The notes below the pieces were generated by a model. It was not told the origin of the DNA, made no database searches, and was given only the letters and a program-made list of their open reading frames with translations. DNA of 64,000 nucleotides from a virus: the IMG/VR virus record IMGVR_UViG_3300027759_003534, positions 118,567-182,566 of that record; one strand, given 5' to 3'. A program made the position numbers and the translations under genes. Positions 56,024 to 64,000 of the stretch are shown piece by piece. Position 1 is the first letter of the stretch. Every line of letters starts with the position of its first letter.

Positions 56024-56553
56024 TTACCGTAATCTGGAAATTCAACTAAAATTGTACTACGGTTACTAGTGTAGGCTGATTGATATGCTGGAAGAATATC
56101 TTCTGGTTGGTATAACTCTACAATGTCAATATTTTTACACATTAATCTAAATGCGTCTGCAAAATTGCCTTTGTGTTGATCTTGAGGGTCAACGGGATTT
56201 TCACTGCCCTTGGCCACACGAATAATGACTTTGGGTCTACAACGTCCGTCACTCATTGATTCCATTTTATCAAGATGATTAACAATTTGATCTGTAGCAT
56301 TTAATAAAAAATTCCATCTTGGGACAACACTAACAGGCACCATGCCATTGATTGCCATTCCTGTGCTTACACCAATTTGAAAGTTCTCTGCTACAGGAAA
56401 TTCCATTTTTTTATCATCAGACACTTCTGTAATGCTTTCATAACAGCCGGTACCAGCATAGCAAACAGCTTGACCGAGGATCATAACACGATCTTGTGCA
56501 CCGATCCAATTCATTGCCGCTTTGAGTTGTTGATTATACAGTTGTGTGGTCAT
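56020..56553 (-). CDS. TPP-dependent dehydrogenase/transketolase, beta (PYR) subunit, short form
   Basis: ILGQAV, EFPVAEN..GVSTGMAING..PV. Confidence 0.8.
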   Translation of the reverse strand: MTTQLYNQQLKAAMNWIGAQDRVMILGQAVCYAGTGCYESITEVSDDKKMEFPVAENFQIGVSTGMAINGMVPVSVVPRWNFLLNATDQIVNHLDKMESMSDGRCRPKVIIRVAKGSENPVDPQDQHKGNFADAFRLMCKNIDIVELYQPEDILPAYQSAYTSNRSTILVEFPDYGK

Positions 56554-57173
56554 TAAAATTGCACCCTTATTCCGGCGCCAGCATGTGGATATTTTGTATT
56601 TTTATATTTGTAATAGATTAAATGTTTATCTTCATACCAAACTTTGTTTTGTACAGGAAGATACCACTTATCAGGGCCCCACATTTCGTGCGTAGGAGTC
56701 AATACGCTTAGTTCATTGTCTTCAACAATAAATGTAATTGGTAAGTCTTGTGCTCGAGAATATTTGTAGGCTTCGGCCCAGGCACCTGTTTCGGCACTCA
56801 TATCTCCGGACCAACACCATACATGTTCATCTGTGTCACGAAGTTTTGCAGCAAGTGCCAGTCCTGTGGCAATGCTCGGAATGCCTCCTACAATACTTGA
56901 ACATATAAATTTGTATTCTGGAAGATTCATAACCATGCTTTTACCAGCCATGATGCGTTCTTTAATTACTTCAGGTGGAATACCTTTTAACAGTGCTTGA
57001 TAATGATTACGCCAGGTACAACAGATCCAATCTTTCTTGACGTCAATGTGTTCAAACACTTGCATGATCTGATCTTCACTGCCAGCATATAGATGTATAG
57101 GAGCACGAATTTCTCCACGATTAAATGTTTCACCTATATCTGTTTCAAAGTCAATTAGATCTTGTTTGTTCAT
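56553..57173 (-). CDS. TPP-dependent dehydrogenase E1 alpha-like subunit, short form
   Basis: HLYAGSE, TWRNH, IVGG, GDMSAETG..EDN TPP motif. Confidence 0.8.
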   Translation of the reverse strand: MNKQDLIDFETDIGETFNRGEIRAPIHLYAGSEDQIMQVFEHIDVKKDWICCTWRNHYQALLKGIPPEVIKERIMAGKSMVMNLPEYKFICSSIVGGIPSIATGLALAAKLRDTDEHVWCWSGDMSAETGAWAEAYKYSRAQDLPITFIVEDNELSVLTPTHEMWGPDKWYLPVQNKVWYEDKHLIYYKYKNTKYPHAGAGIRVQF

Positions 57174-58489
57174 AGATATAAACTCATAAATCCATCAACC
57201 TTCTCTCCGATGTAGGCAATCTGTTCAGGCGTGATAACTGGGCTACAGCCATGGAAGTAAGTGTTCTTCATTGTAAATGTGGCCACTGGATAGTTGTCAC
57301 GTGCATCTTCAGGATTCATTAAATGACTATATGCAGGTTGCAACATGATATTACCAGCAAAGTACGGGCGTGTCTGTATCAAGTTCTCTTCAAGATAGTC
57401 AACAATGTCCATTCGGGAGAACGGAGCATCCGCACGTATGGTCAATGGAAACGCAAACCAACTAACATCGGCTTTGTCTCTAGCACGTGGCAAGTGGAAA
57501 AACTCTTCGTACTTTTCGTAGATAGCAAACAATAGATTGTAATTGCGTTGGCGCAAAGCATGTATTTCTGGCAATTTTTTAAGTTGCTCAAGTCCCATGG
57601 CCGCTTGTAGTTCGATGGGTTTTAAGTTATACCCAATTTCGTCATACACATACTTGTGATCAAAAATCTGATCTGGCATTTCGGGAATCCACTCATTGAA
57701 TCGCTTGCCACAAGTACCACATTTTAACTTGTTGGCCTCGGGCCCCACACAATAACAGCCACGTCCCCATTCACGTAGACTACGCACAATGATTTCTTGC
57801 TGTGGATCATTCATGGCTACAAAACCACCTTCACCCATGGTCATGTGGTGTGCTGGATAAAAACTGCAACTGGCCATTAGACCAAAACTGCCCAATGGCT
57901 TTCCATCATAATTAGTACCCAGCCCGTCACAACAATCTTCTAATAAGATTAAATTGTGTCGATTGACCAGTTCCATTATTTTGTCCATGTTAGGTGGGTT
58001 ACCCAACACATGTGCAAAGGTAATAATTTTAATGTCAGGATCGTTAGCCAATATCTGTTCTGCCTGATCCAGATCAATGTTTAAAGTATCAATTTCAATA
58101 TCGCAGAACACTGGCACAAATCCATTTTGTAAGGTTGGATTAAGTGTGGTTGGAAATCCTGCAATGGGCATCAATACTTTAGTGCCTGATGGAAAGTTAT
58201 AGCCACGCTTGGACTTCATTGCTGTCATCATCAGCAGGTTAGCACTACTACCTGAGTTAGTTAGCACTCCGCGAGTCTTGCCAAATTCTTTGGGGAATTT
58301 TTGTTCAAAACGCAGGCTCTTGTTGCCCATAACTAGCCAGCCATTCAGCAAGGCTTCTGCAGCCGCCACATACTCGTCCGAGTCAAAATGCGGACCTGCG
58401 TAGTTGACAAAGTCCTTACCGGCTACCCAGGTCTTGTCTGCGTGTTTAGTGTCAATGTATTTTTTAATGTCTTCCAATATTTGTTTCAT
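57170..58489 (-). CDS. rfbH: CDP-4-keto-6-deoxyglucose 3-dehydrase (RfbH/DdhC)
   Basis: NSGSSANL, EDCCD, SFYPAHHMTMGEGG (His replacing Lys), RDWGR-like REWGRGC, YNLK, YFAGN. Confidence 0.92.
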   Translation of the reverse strand: MKQILEDIKKYIDTKHADKTWVAGKDFVNYAGPHFDSDEYVAAAEALLNGWLVMGNKSLRFEQKFPKEFGKTRGVLTNSGSSANLLMMTAMKSKRGYNFPSGTKVLMPIAGFPTTLNPTLQNGFVPVFCDIEIDTLNIDLDQAEQILANDPDIKIITFAHVLGNPPNMDKIMELVNRHNLILLEDCCDGLGTNYDGKPLGSFGLMASCSFYPAHHMTMGEGGFVAMNDPQQEIIVRSLREWGRGCYCVGPEANKLKCGTCGKRFNEWIPEMPDQIFDHKYVYDEIGYNLKPIELQAAMGLEQLKKLPEIHALRQRNYNLLFAIYEKYEEFFHLPRARDKADVSWFAFPLTIRADAPFSRMDIVDYLEENLIQTRPYFAGNIMLQPAYSHLMNPEDARDNYPVATFTMKNTYFHGCSPVITPEQIAYIGEKVDGFMSLYL

Positions 58490-59211
58490 ATTTTAATTCC
58501 AAGGTGGTTAGATAGTTGTTTCATAATTTCAATTACTGCCTGGCTGCCTCGGCTGCCATGAAAATGTAGTATGTGTGCGGAATTGATGCTTATACCATTC
58601 CATTGATCATGTTGCCTTAAAACACTAGCATCTAAACTGCGAAACTTTATAGCCTGATAAGCCATTTCTGGATGTAGTCTGTCCGATTCTGGAATGTCTT
58701 GGCTCCAAAACATGGCATTGTGTCTTAACTGATCAAAACCCCAACTGCGGTTTGGATGATTCTCTATGTTGTTCCACCATTGTTCACCAAGGTCCCAAAC
58801 GTTATCGCTGGTGGTGTGTGGGTAATACATTAGGTCGTCGTTAAAATAGCGTGGAAATTCATTATGATTTTTAGGATCAGTGAAGTTAAACAATCTGTAT
58901 TCTGAAAATCGATCTGAAAAAAGACTAGTAGGTTGTACCATCATAGTATCAGCACCGGCCCAAAATATATTACACGGGCCGCTGTTGCGAAGTTCCACAG
59001 TGGCTTTCCAATTGGCTAGAGCATATTCTTCATTGTTGGCCACCGGGTCAGTCCACAGTATTGTTTCAAATGGTTCCTGAACAAAGTGTTGAAAACTAGC
59101 TAAACTTATTTGATACATTTCTGAATAATCAGAATATAAATTAGCACTGGCTTGATCCATCCAATTATCAGTTACCGGTCTAACTGCACCTATAAGATAG
59201 TTTTTTACCAT
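58486..59211 (-). CDS. Hypothetical protein, possible glycosyltransferase
   Basis: AGADT (DXD-like), HILHFHGS; sits in sugar operon. Confidence 0.45.
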   Translation of the reverse strand: MVKNYLIGAVRPVTDNWMDQASANLYSDYSEMYQISLASFQHFVQEPFETILWTDPVANNEEYALANWKATVELRNSGPCNIFWAGADTMMVQPTSLFSDRFSEYRLFNFTDPKNHNEFPRYFNDDLMYYPHTTSDNVWDLGEQWWNNIENHPNRSWGFDQLRHNAMFWSQDIPESDRLHPEMAYQAIKFRSLDASVLRQHDQWNGISINSAHILHFHGSRGSQAVIEIMKQLSNHLGIKI

Positions 59212-60155
59212 ACAAAATTATTCCGATAGTATTCAACTACATTTGCCAGTTCCTGATCAAACTGAGCCTGTGGTTGCCATCCTAATAGTTTTAATTTGTT
59301 ATCATTAATGGCATAGCGTACATCCTGACCTTGCCTTGCACTAGGAATAGTAAATGATTCCCAGTCGCTGTTATGGTCGACACCGTAATACAATTTTAAT
59401 ATTTTTTTAATTACTTCACAGTTGGGCAACTCAGTGTTACCACTAATGTTGAATATTTCGTTTTTACAACCTGAATCAATGATAGTCAGCACTGCTGCGG
59501 CTGTATCGCCGGCGTGTAGCCAAGTGCGTATAGGGTTACCTCGGTTGTGTAAGTCGATTGGCTTGCCTAGCTCAAGATATTTAATACTTTTGGGTATGAG
59601 TTTTTCTACGTACTGTCCGATTCCGTAATTGTTGGTTGGACGAATTATGACGTACTTGATACCATAGGTTCTAGCCCAGGCCAGTATCAGCATATCGGCT
59701 GCCGCTTTTGAGGCCGAATACGGATTACTGGGTTTGAGTAAATCCGTTTCGGTATGAGTTCCGGCTTCAATATCTCCGTAGACTTCGTCGGTGCTAAAAT
59801 GTAAAAATATTGGAGCCTTGTACAAAGGTTGTTGTTTGATCAACTCTAATAAATGATGTACACCGTTGATGTTGCTACGAATAAACACGTCAGAACTCAT
59901 GATTGAATTATCCACGTGTGTTTCTGCAGCGGTGTTGATTACATAGTCGCAATCGACCAACCGATCAATGTCATTGATGTCTGAGTTAATAAATTTGAAA
60001 TTGGGATTTTTATTAAATTGTTCTAAAAAATTCCAATTACTGGCGTAAGTACCTTTGTCTATGCCAAGCACATACCATCCACGTTCTAAACATTGTTGGG
60101 TAACATGAACTCCTATAAATCCTAAACATCCAGTTACATATACAATTTTTTTCAC
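59205..60155 (-). CDS. rfbB: dTDP/CDP-glucose 4,6-dehydratase
   Basis: TGCLGFIG, AAETHVD, STDEVYG, PYSASK, RPTNNYG. Confidence 0.9.
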   Translation of the reverse strand: MKKIVYVTGCLGFIGVHVTQQCLERGWYVLGIDKGTYASNWNFLEQFNKNPNFKFINSDINDIDRLVDCDYVINTAAETHVDNSIMSSDVFIRSNINGVHHLLELIKQQPLYKAPIFLHFSTDEVYGDIEAGTHTETDLLKPSNPYSASKAAADMLILAWARTYGIKYVIIRPTNNYGIGQYVEKLIPKSIKYLELGKPIDLHNRGNPIRTWLHAGDTAAAVLTIIDSGCKNEIFNISGNTELPNCEVIKKILKLYYGVDHNSDWESFTIPSARQGQDVRYAINDNKLKLLGWQPQAQFDQELANVVEYYRNNFVW

Positions 60156-60931
60156 AGTCGTCGAGCTTTAACTAATAGGTGCCAACCAAGATATTCTTTG
60201 ACTGCTTCGCGCATGGCCTCGGGCATGGCTTCGAACCATGGCTCCAATTCGTAACGACCTTGCTTGTATGCGTCCACATTGTACATGAAACAATGATCTT
60301 GCCGTAGTCTTTCTAGTTGAAATTTTGACCCTAGCAAGTCAGTGATGTCATCCTTGGTATAACTTTTAGCATAGGGACAACCGGCTTGTGCTTCAAACTG
60401 ATCTAGCCCTTTGTTAATCATGGCCTGTTTCCAGGAATTTTTAGCATAGACCATAAAACGGAATTCACCACCGGGCTTGAGAATATTGTACACATTATCA
60501 ATAATACGATCTATGGCTGGAAAATGATGTATCACTCCGTAACTATACACCAAGTCCATCTTGGGTAATGTGCTGTATGATTCGATATCACTAGAGTCAC
60601 CACATACAAATGTACCTTCGAGTTCTTCAACTTTGAATCTTTGTTGTGCTAATTTAACACTTTCATCTGAATAGTCTATACCATAGTAATCCGCGCCATT
60701 GCGAGCAAACTCAGCTGCATCTGATCCAATGCCAGGCCCAATTTCTAATACTTGTCGACCTTGCCAAAGATAAAAGCCAGCAAATTCTGGAATATGTGGC
60801 TCAACGCGATATCGACGAGCAGATACGTCTTGAAAAAATTCTAAACTTCCCGGGGCATTTTTACTGTGGCGAACATTGCAAGGTTGGTTGTTCCAGTAAT
60901 CTCGAATACGTTGTTCTAGAGATTTTGTCAT
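60152..60931 (-). CDS. Class I SAM-dependent methyltransferase
   Basis: VLEIGPGIG, DLVYSYGVIHH, LKPGG. Confidence 0.9.
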   Translation of the reverse strand: MTKSLEQRIRDYWNNQPCNVRHSKNAPGSLEFFQDVSARRYRVEPHIPEFAGFYLWQGRQVLEIGPGIGSDAAEFARNGADYYGIDYSDESVKLAQQRFKVEELEGTFVCGDSSDIESYSTLPKMDLVYSYGVIHHFPAIDRIIDNVYNILKPGGEFRFMVYAKNSWKQAMINKGLDQFEAQAGCPYAKSYTKDDITDLLGSKFQLERLRQDHCFMYNVDAYKQGRYELEPWFEAMPEAMREAVKEYLGWHLLVKARRL

Positions 60932-61764
60932 GCTTTTAACCTGCCATCTCGACCGATACTAAATTGGCGCATTTGATCGTTTACATCATTAATGCGTAAT
61001 TTTTCCCAAGGGTCTTGTTTATTTTGCTTGATGTTTTCCCACCAATCAGTATCTAGACCTTTGGATTTCATGTAGGCAGTTAATGTGTCGCAGTCTTTTG
61101 CCCTTTTAGCAGCCCATGTGTAATGATGAAAGTCATGTGGACTGCTAGGATTGCCTTCAAGCATGGGTCTATTTTTATAAGTTTGATCTAGATTATTTCC
61201 AGTAAGATCAGCACGGTCATGTTTGACCTGTACCGGTATACGTTGCATGATATCTATACAATAGGCAACTTGGCTGATCCAGCCGTCTGATATTTGGTGT
61301 GGACTGAGATGCCCTAACACAGTCAGCCAATCGCACGGCACTATAGGAAAAATGCTGTAAGGATGATCGTTGTGGGTCCTAAATGCTAAAATTTTAAACT
61401 CTCCAGTGTAGCTAGCAATCTCACGATCCCAATCTTGAGTTTCCATCAAAGCATCATCATTCCAAAAGACCAACCAGTCTGCAGATGAATTTTTTGCTAG
61501 GGTGTTAACGTATTCGTTAAGACGTATATACCCCATAGGTTCAAATGTCATAGCAGTGTAATTAACACGATGCTGATCTAGCCACGGTTGTAGTTCTGAT
61601 TGAAAATATTCAACGCCTACGGCATCGTCATTATCAAATCCTAGCATAATTTGTATACTGTCAACATCTTCTGCTAAAGTGACTAGGCTCTGGATACTAC
61701 GAGATAATGCTGCTGTGCGACCTCGTGTGGGTAATAATATGGCTATTCGGTATTCGTTTGTCAT
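60928..61764 (-). CDS. Glycosyltransferase family 2-like
   Basis: ILLPTRGR, FDNDD, FWNDD. Confidence 0.7.
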   Translation of the reverse strand: MTNEYRIAILLPTRGRTAALSRSIQSLVTLAEDVDSIQIMLGFDNDDAVGVEYFQSELQPWLDQHRVNYTAMTFEPMGYIRLNEYVNTLAKNSSADWLVFWNDDALMETQDWDREIASYTGEFKILAFRTHNDHPYSIFPIVPCDWLTVLGHLSPHQISDGWISQVAYCIDIMQRIPVQVKHDRADLTGNNLDQTYKNRPMLEGNPSSPHDFHHYTWAAKRAKDCDTLTAYMKSKGLDTDWWENIKQNKQDPWEKLRINDVNDQMRQFSIGRDGRLKA

Positions 61765-61806
61765 TGTAGAAATATTTATATGCGTACTTTATTGCGTGTA
61801 TAAAAG

Positions 61807-62256
61807 TTAACCTTCATATATGGCACTATTGGCACCGTGTTCTGCACATTCTACCCTAACGCAATAGCAACGATTATTAGTTTTTTCTCTAATCAGGGCA
61901 TCAGCAAAGTTGAAAGCATGTTCGGCAAACTTCTCTGCACCCACACCATCAAAGATACGTATCTCTGCCAGGTCCAATGCCGCCAGTTCTTGGAACTTGG
62001 CCAAGTGTGGATCTTGTTGATCCAGAGCCAGCTTGTGATCAAAACTATCTTCTAACCAGGCCTTGAGCGGTTTGAGTCCGCCAAAGTCTACCGCCCAGTT
62101 TTTGTCGTCTAATGTGTCACAGCCAAATGTAAATGTAAACGCTAGACTGTAACCATGCAACAAATGACAGTGGCTATGATCAGCATTGGGTTGACGGAAT
62201 ACCGCACTCAGTCCAATGTTGTGTCCGTAATGTTTTGTTGAATAATATTTTGCCAT
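61807..62256 (-). CDS. queD: 6-carboxy-5,6,7,8-tetrahydropterin synthase
   Basis: HCHLLHGY, VDFG, FDH, AEKFA, VECAE. Confidence 0.9.
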   Translation of the reverse strand: MAKYYSTKHYGHNIGLSAVFRQPNADHSHCHLLHGYSLAFTFTFGCDTLDDKNWAVDFGGLKPLKAWLEDSFDHKLALDQQDPHLAKFQELAALDLAEIRIFDGVGAEKFAEHAFNFADALIREKTNNRCYCVRVECAEHGANSAIYEG

Positions 62257-62260
62257 TGTA

Positions 62261-62327
62261 TTCTCCTATGTTAGATTATAGCATAGATGGCAGAGTTTAT
62301 AAACCGGGATGACACCGAAAGGCCGGT
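62261..62327 (-). promoter_or_regulatory. Structured queD leader with SD-sequestering hairpin (candidate cis-regulatory RNA)
   Basis: ACCGG/CCGGT stem with 15-nt loop, A-rich linker, CTATG/CATAG hairpin overlapping AGGAG. Confidence 0.45.
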
Positions 62328-62335
62328 AATGAATA

Positions 62336-62560
62336 TTATTTTTTCTTTTTGGCGACTACAGAATTTTCTGGTGTTGTTTTTCTAGCTGACTTGGTTTGAG
62401 TGACATCACCTGTGTTGATTAACTGTTGCACAGTATCAAGTGCTTCGGTTGTAGCAAACATCTGCCATAGTCGATCACCAGTAGCTTCTATTGATGAAAA
62501 TTCAAGTGTAATAGCTTGATCGTTTTTTAATTGTAATACAAATGTGCGTTTTTGGCTCAT
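62336..62560 (-). CDS. Hypothetical protein
   Basis: 74 aa; AATAAATA box upstream. Confidence 0.7.
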   Translation of the reverse strand: MSQKRTFVLQLKNDQAITLEFSSIEATGDRLWQMFATTEALDTVQQLINTGDVTQTKSARKTTPENSVVAKKKK

Positions 62561-62585
62561 AATATCTCTTTCTTAATAAAATTAT

Positions 62586-62744
62586 TTATTTTTGTTCAGC
62601 AGGCGATTGAGGTTTTGTCGGAGGCATAACTTGATCTATTGCTGGATTGAGATAGGGTTCAACCACGGTTTTTTGAGCAGTGCCCCAACCGATTGCACTA
62701 AAAAATCCAATAACTATCCATGTTCCAATAAGTTCAATGATCAT
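62586..62744 (-). CDS. 52-aa membrane peptide (MIIELIGTWIVIGFF...)
   Basis: Below track cutoff; ATGA overlap with HIT gene. Confidence 0.65.
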   Translation of the reverse strand: MIIELIGTWIVIGFFSAIGWGTAQKTVVEPYLNPAIDQVMPPTKPQSPAEQK

Positions 62745-63109
62745 TTTTGATAGTTACCTTTGCCGGGTATAGTATTGCGTACTCCGCCCACAGGATCTTC
62801 TACATCGCCTGTTCTGCGTGGAATAAGATGAACATGTGGATACATTACAGTTTGTCCGGCTGCTACACCTGAATTAAATCCAATGTTAAATCCGTTACAC
62901 TCGCCCGACTTGATCATTTGATTGCCGTCAGATAGGGCTTCTTCCATGGCCTGCACAATCCAGTTGGGATGATCATTCTTGGGCACATATAATCTATGTC
63001 CTGGAGTACACGGATACTTGTCCAAATATACTGCAACCAGCGGACGGTCTTTTATCTGATTGTTCCAAGGTGCTATACCTGCCTGCTGTGCTTCTAGTAA
63101 TGTTGTCAT
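62741..63109 (-). CDS. HIT family hydrolase
   Basis: PGHRL, FNIGFN, AGQTV.YPHVHLIPRR. Confidence 0.92.
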   Translation of the reverse strand: MTTLLEAQQAGIAPWNNQIKDRPLVAVYLDKYPCTPGHRLYVPKNDHPNWIVQAMEEALSDGNQMIKSGECNGFNIGFNSGVAAGQTVMYPHVHLIPRRTGDVEDPVGGVRNTIPGKGNYQK

Positions 63110-63130
63110 AGGTGATTTTTACAAAAAATT

Positions 63131-63355
63131 TTAAGCTCTTTGCCCACGCAACCAATCATTTACACGCTGTTCAGCTTCGTCCTGGCTGATTGCCGGCACT
63201 GTAATTTCTACCTGTTCACCCATAACATGATTAAGCGTATAAGGGATTGGTGTACCGCAAAACACAATATCTTCCATGTCGCGGAATACAGCAAATTCTT
63301 GTAAATTTTTTGCCCGTTCAATAGCCTCTGCGGCCAATATGCTTACATTATTCAT
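63131..63355 (-). CDS. Hypothetical protein
   Basis: 74 aa, AGGAGA SD. Confidence 0.75.
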   Translation of the reverse strand: MNNVSILAAEAIERAKNLQEFAVFRDMEDIVFCGTPIPYTLNHVMGEQVEITVPAISQDEAEQRVNDWLRGQRA

Positions 63356-63367
63356 TGTGTTTCTCCT

Positions 63368-63796
63368 TTATGATACAAAAACTTCTTCTTCTAAATAGCG
63401 TCTTAGTTCTTTGTCGGTAGGCTCTACGGCATAATTGTTCTTGAAAAATATTTCATAGCTGTCTGAACCGTACTTGCCAATACCATATAATTCGGTGGCA
63501 TCATCACAGTTCCAAGTCACAAAGTCCTCTGTCATCTTGCGTAGTCTTTTATAACGTACATTGACCATGCCCAGAGGCCAAATCACATCTTTTACTTCTT
63601 GTTCGGTGGCTTTCAGTAACTCAAGCGGATGCGACCAGCGATCCATGAATACAGGAAATACGGTTTTTACAGGCTTACGCCCGGTCTGATTCAGCATGAT
63701 CACAGCCACCATGTGTTGCCAAGCACCACGGAGATTGTCTAATCCTGCCGGCAACTGCTGTTGCACCATGAGATCATCTTTCAAGGGCTGGATCAT
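63368..63796 (-). CDS. MBD4-like HhH-GPD DNA glycosylase
   Basis: VIMLNQT and LYGIGKYGSDSYEIF match the MBD4 catalytic-domain motifs. Confidence 0.85.
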   Translation of the reverse strand: MIQPLKDDLMVQQQLPAGLDNLRGAWQHMVAVIMLNQTGRKPVKTVFPVFMDRWSHPLELLKATEQEVKDVIWPLGMVNVRYKRLRKMTEDFVTWNCDDATELYGIGKYGSDSYEIFFKNNYAVEPTDKELRRYLEEEVFVS

Positions 63797-64000
63797 CTTG
63801 GTGCAAAGTCCTGTTGTAGTTTGATATTGTCCATGAACTCTTTCTTTGTTCCCGGGTCTGCGTTGAAAGCTCCTTTTAATACTGTGGTCTGTGTTAGGCT
63901 TGAGTGTGCCATAATGCCACGATTCTCACAACAACCATGTGTGGCTTGGATATACACACCTACATTTTCACTTTCGGTCGCTCGCATTATTTCTCTTGCG
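63793..64000 (-). CDS. folE: GTP cyclohydrolase I, 3' part (continues beyond window)
   Basis: VGVYIQATHGCCENRG..TQTTVLKGAF matches the FolE C-terminus. Confidence 0.88.
   Translation of the reverse strand, partial: AREIMRATESENVGVYIQATHGCCENRGIMAHSSLTQTTVLKGAFNADPGTKKEFMDNIKLQQDFAPR

Noticed and set aside
68-62055. Numerous 60-130-aa opposite-strand or out-of-frame track ORFs nested in long genes (e.g. 1465..1659, 8050..8370, 13418..13747, 29573..29905, 47863..48243)
   Set aside because: Fully overlap well-supported CDSs and have no motifs or RBS
62261-62327. Canonical preQ1-I riboswitch call
   Set aside because: Loop lacks the canonical GUUC...C pattern; kept only as a candidate new element
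1-64000. Stop-codon reassignment
   Set aside because: Genes are full length under code 11, and TAG, TGA and TAA all end coupled genes (e.g. TAG at 13479 and 34348)
1-64000. CRISPR array, integrase or transposase
   Set aside because: No regularly spaced direct repeats with unique spacers and no such ORFs seen; repeats found are intragenic or promoter copies

Overview
The window reads as a 64-kb accessory/metabolic segment of a large, T4-like tailed phage. No virion genes are present, so phage identity is inferred. The evidence is dense ATGA-coupled ORFs, thyX, a T4-type RNase H/5'-3' exonuclease, a NUMOD3 homing endonuclease, a MoxR-VWA pair, sigma70 promoters, recurrent TATAAATA late boxes and a tRNA cluster. 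Main blocks: (1) 0.5-25 kb, a modification cluster with six tandem radical SAM/twitch enzymes (a seventh at 23.3-24.9 kb), two amidinotransferases, a carbamoyltransferase, three GT10-like proteins, a sulfotransferase-like protein, a DegT aminotransferase and an epimerase. (2) 25-36 kb, thyX, VWA/MoxR and an array of short paralogous ORFs. (3) 36-46 kb, a translation/transcription module with six tRNA genes (two with rare A34 anticodons), a leader-peptide attenuator heading the tRNA operon, an rpoZ homologue, a Bug/TctC protein, a candidate structured ncRNA and a circularly permuted two-piece tmRNA. (4) 46-64 kb, rnh, ugd, nadE, queE/queD/folE, an RfbH plus TPP-enzyme branched-sugar pathway, HIT and an MBD4-like glycosylase. 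The most striking items are the apparent ribosome-sensing attenuator over the phage tRNAs and the permuted tmRNA. All product calls are from motif recognition by eye; no database searches were run.
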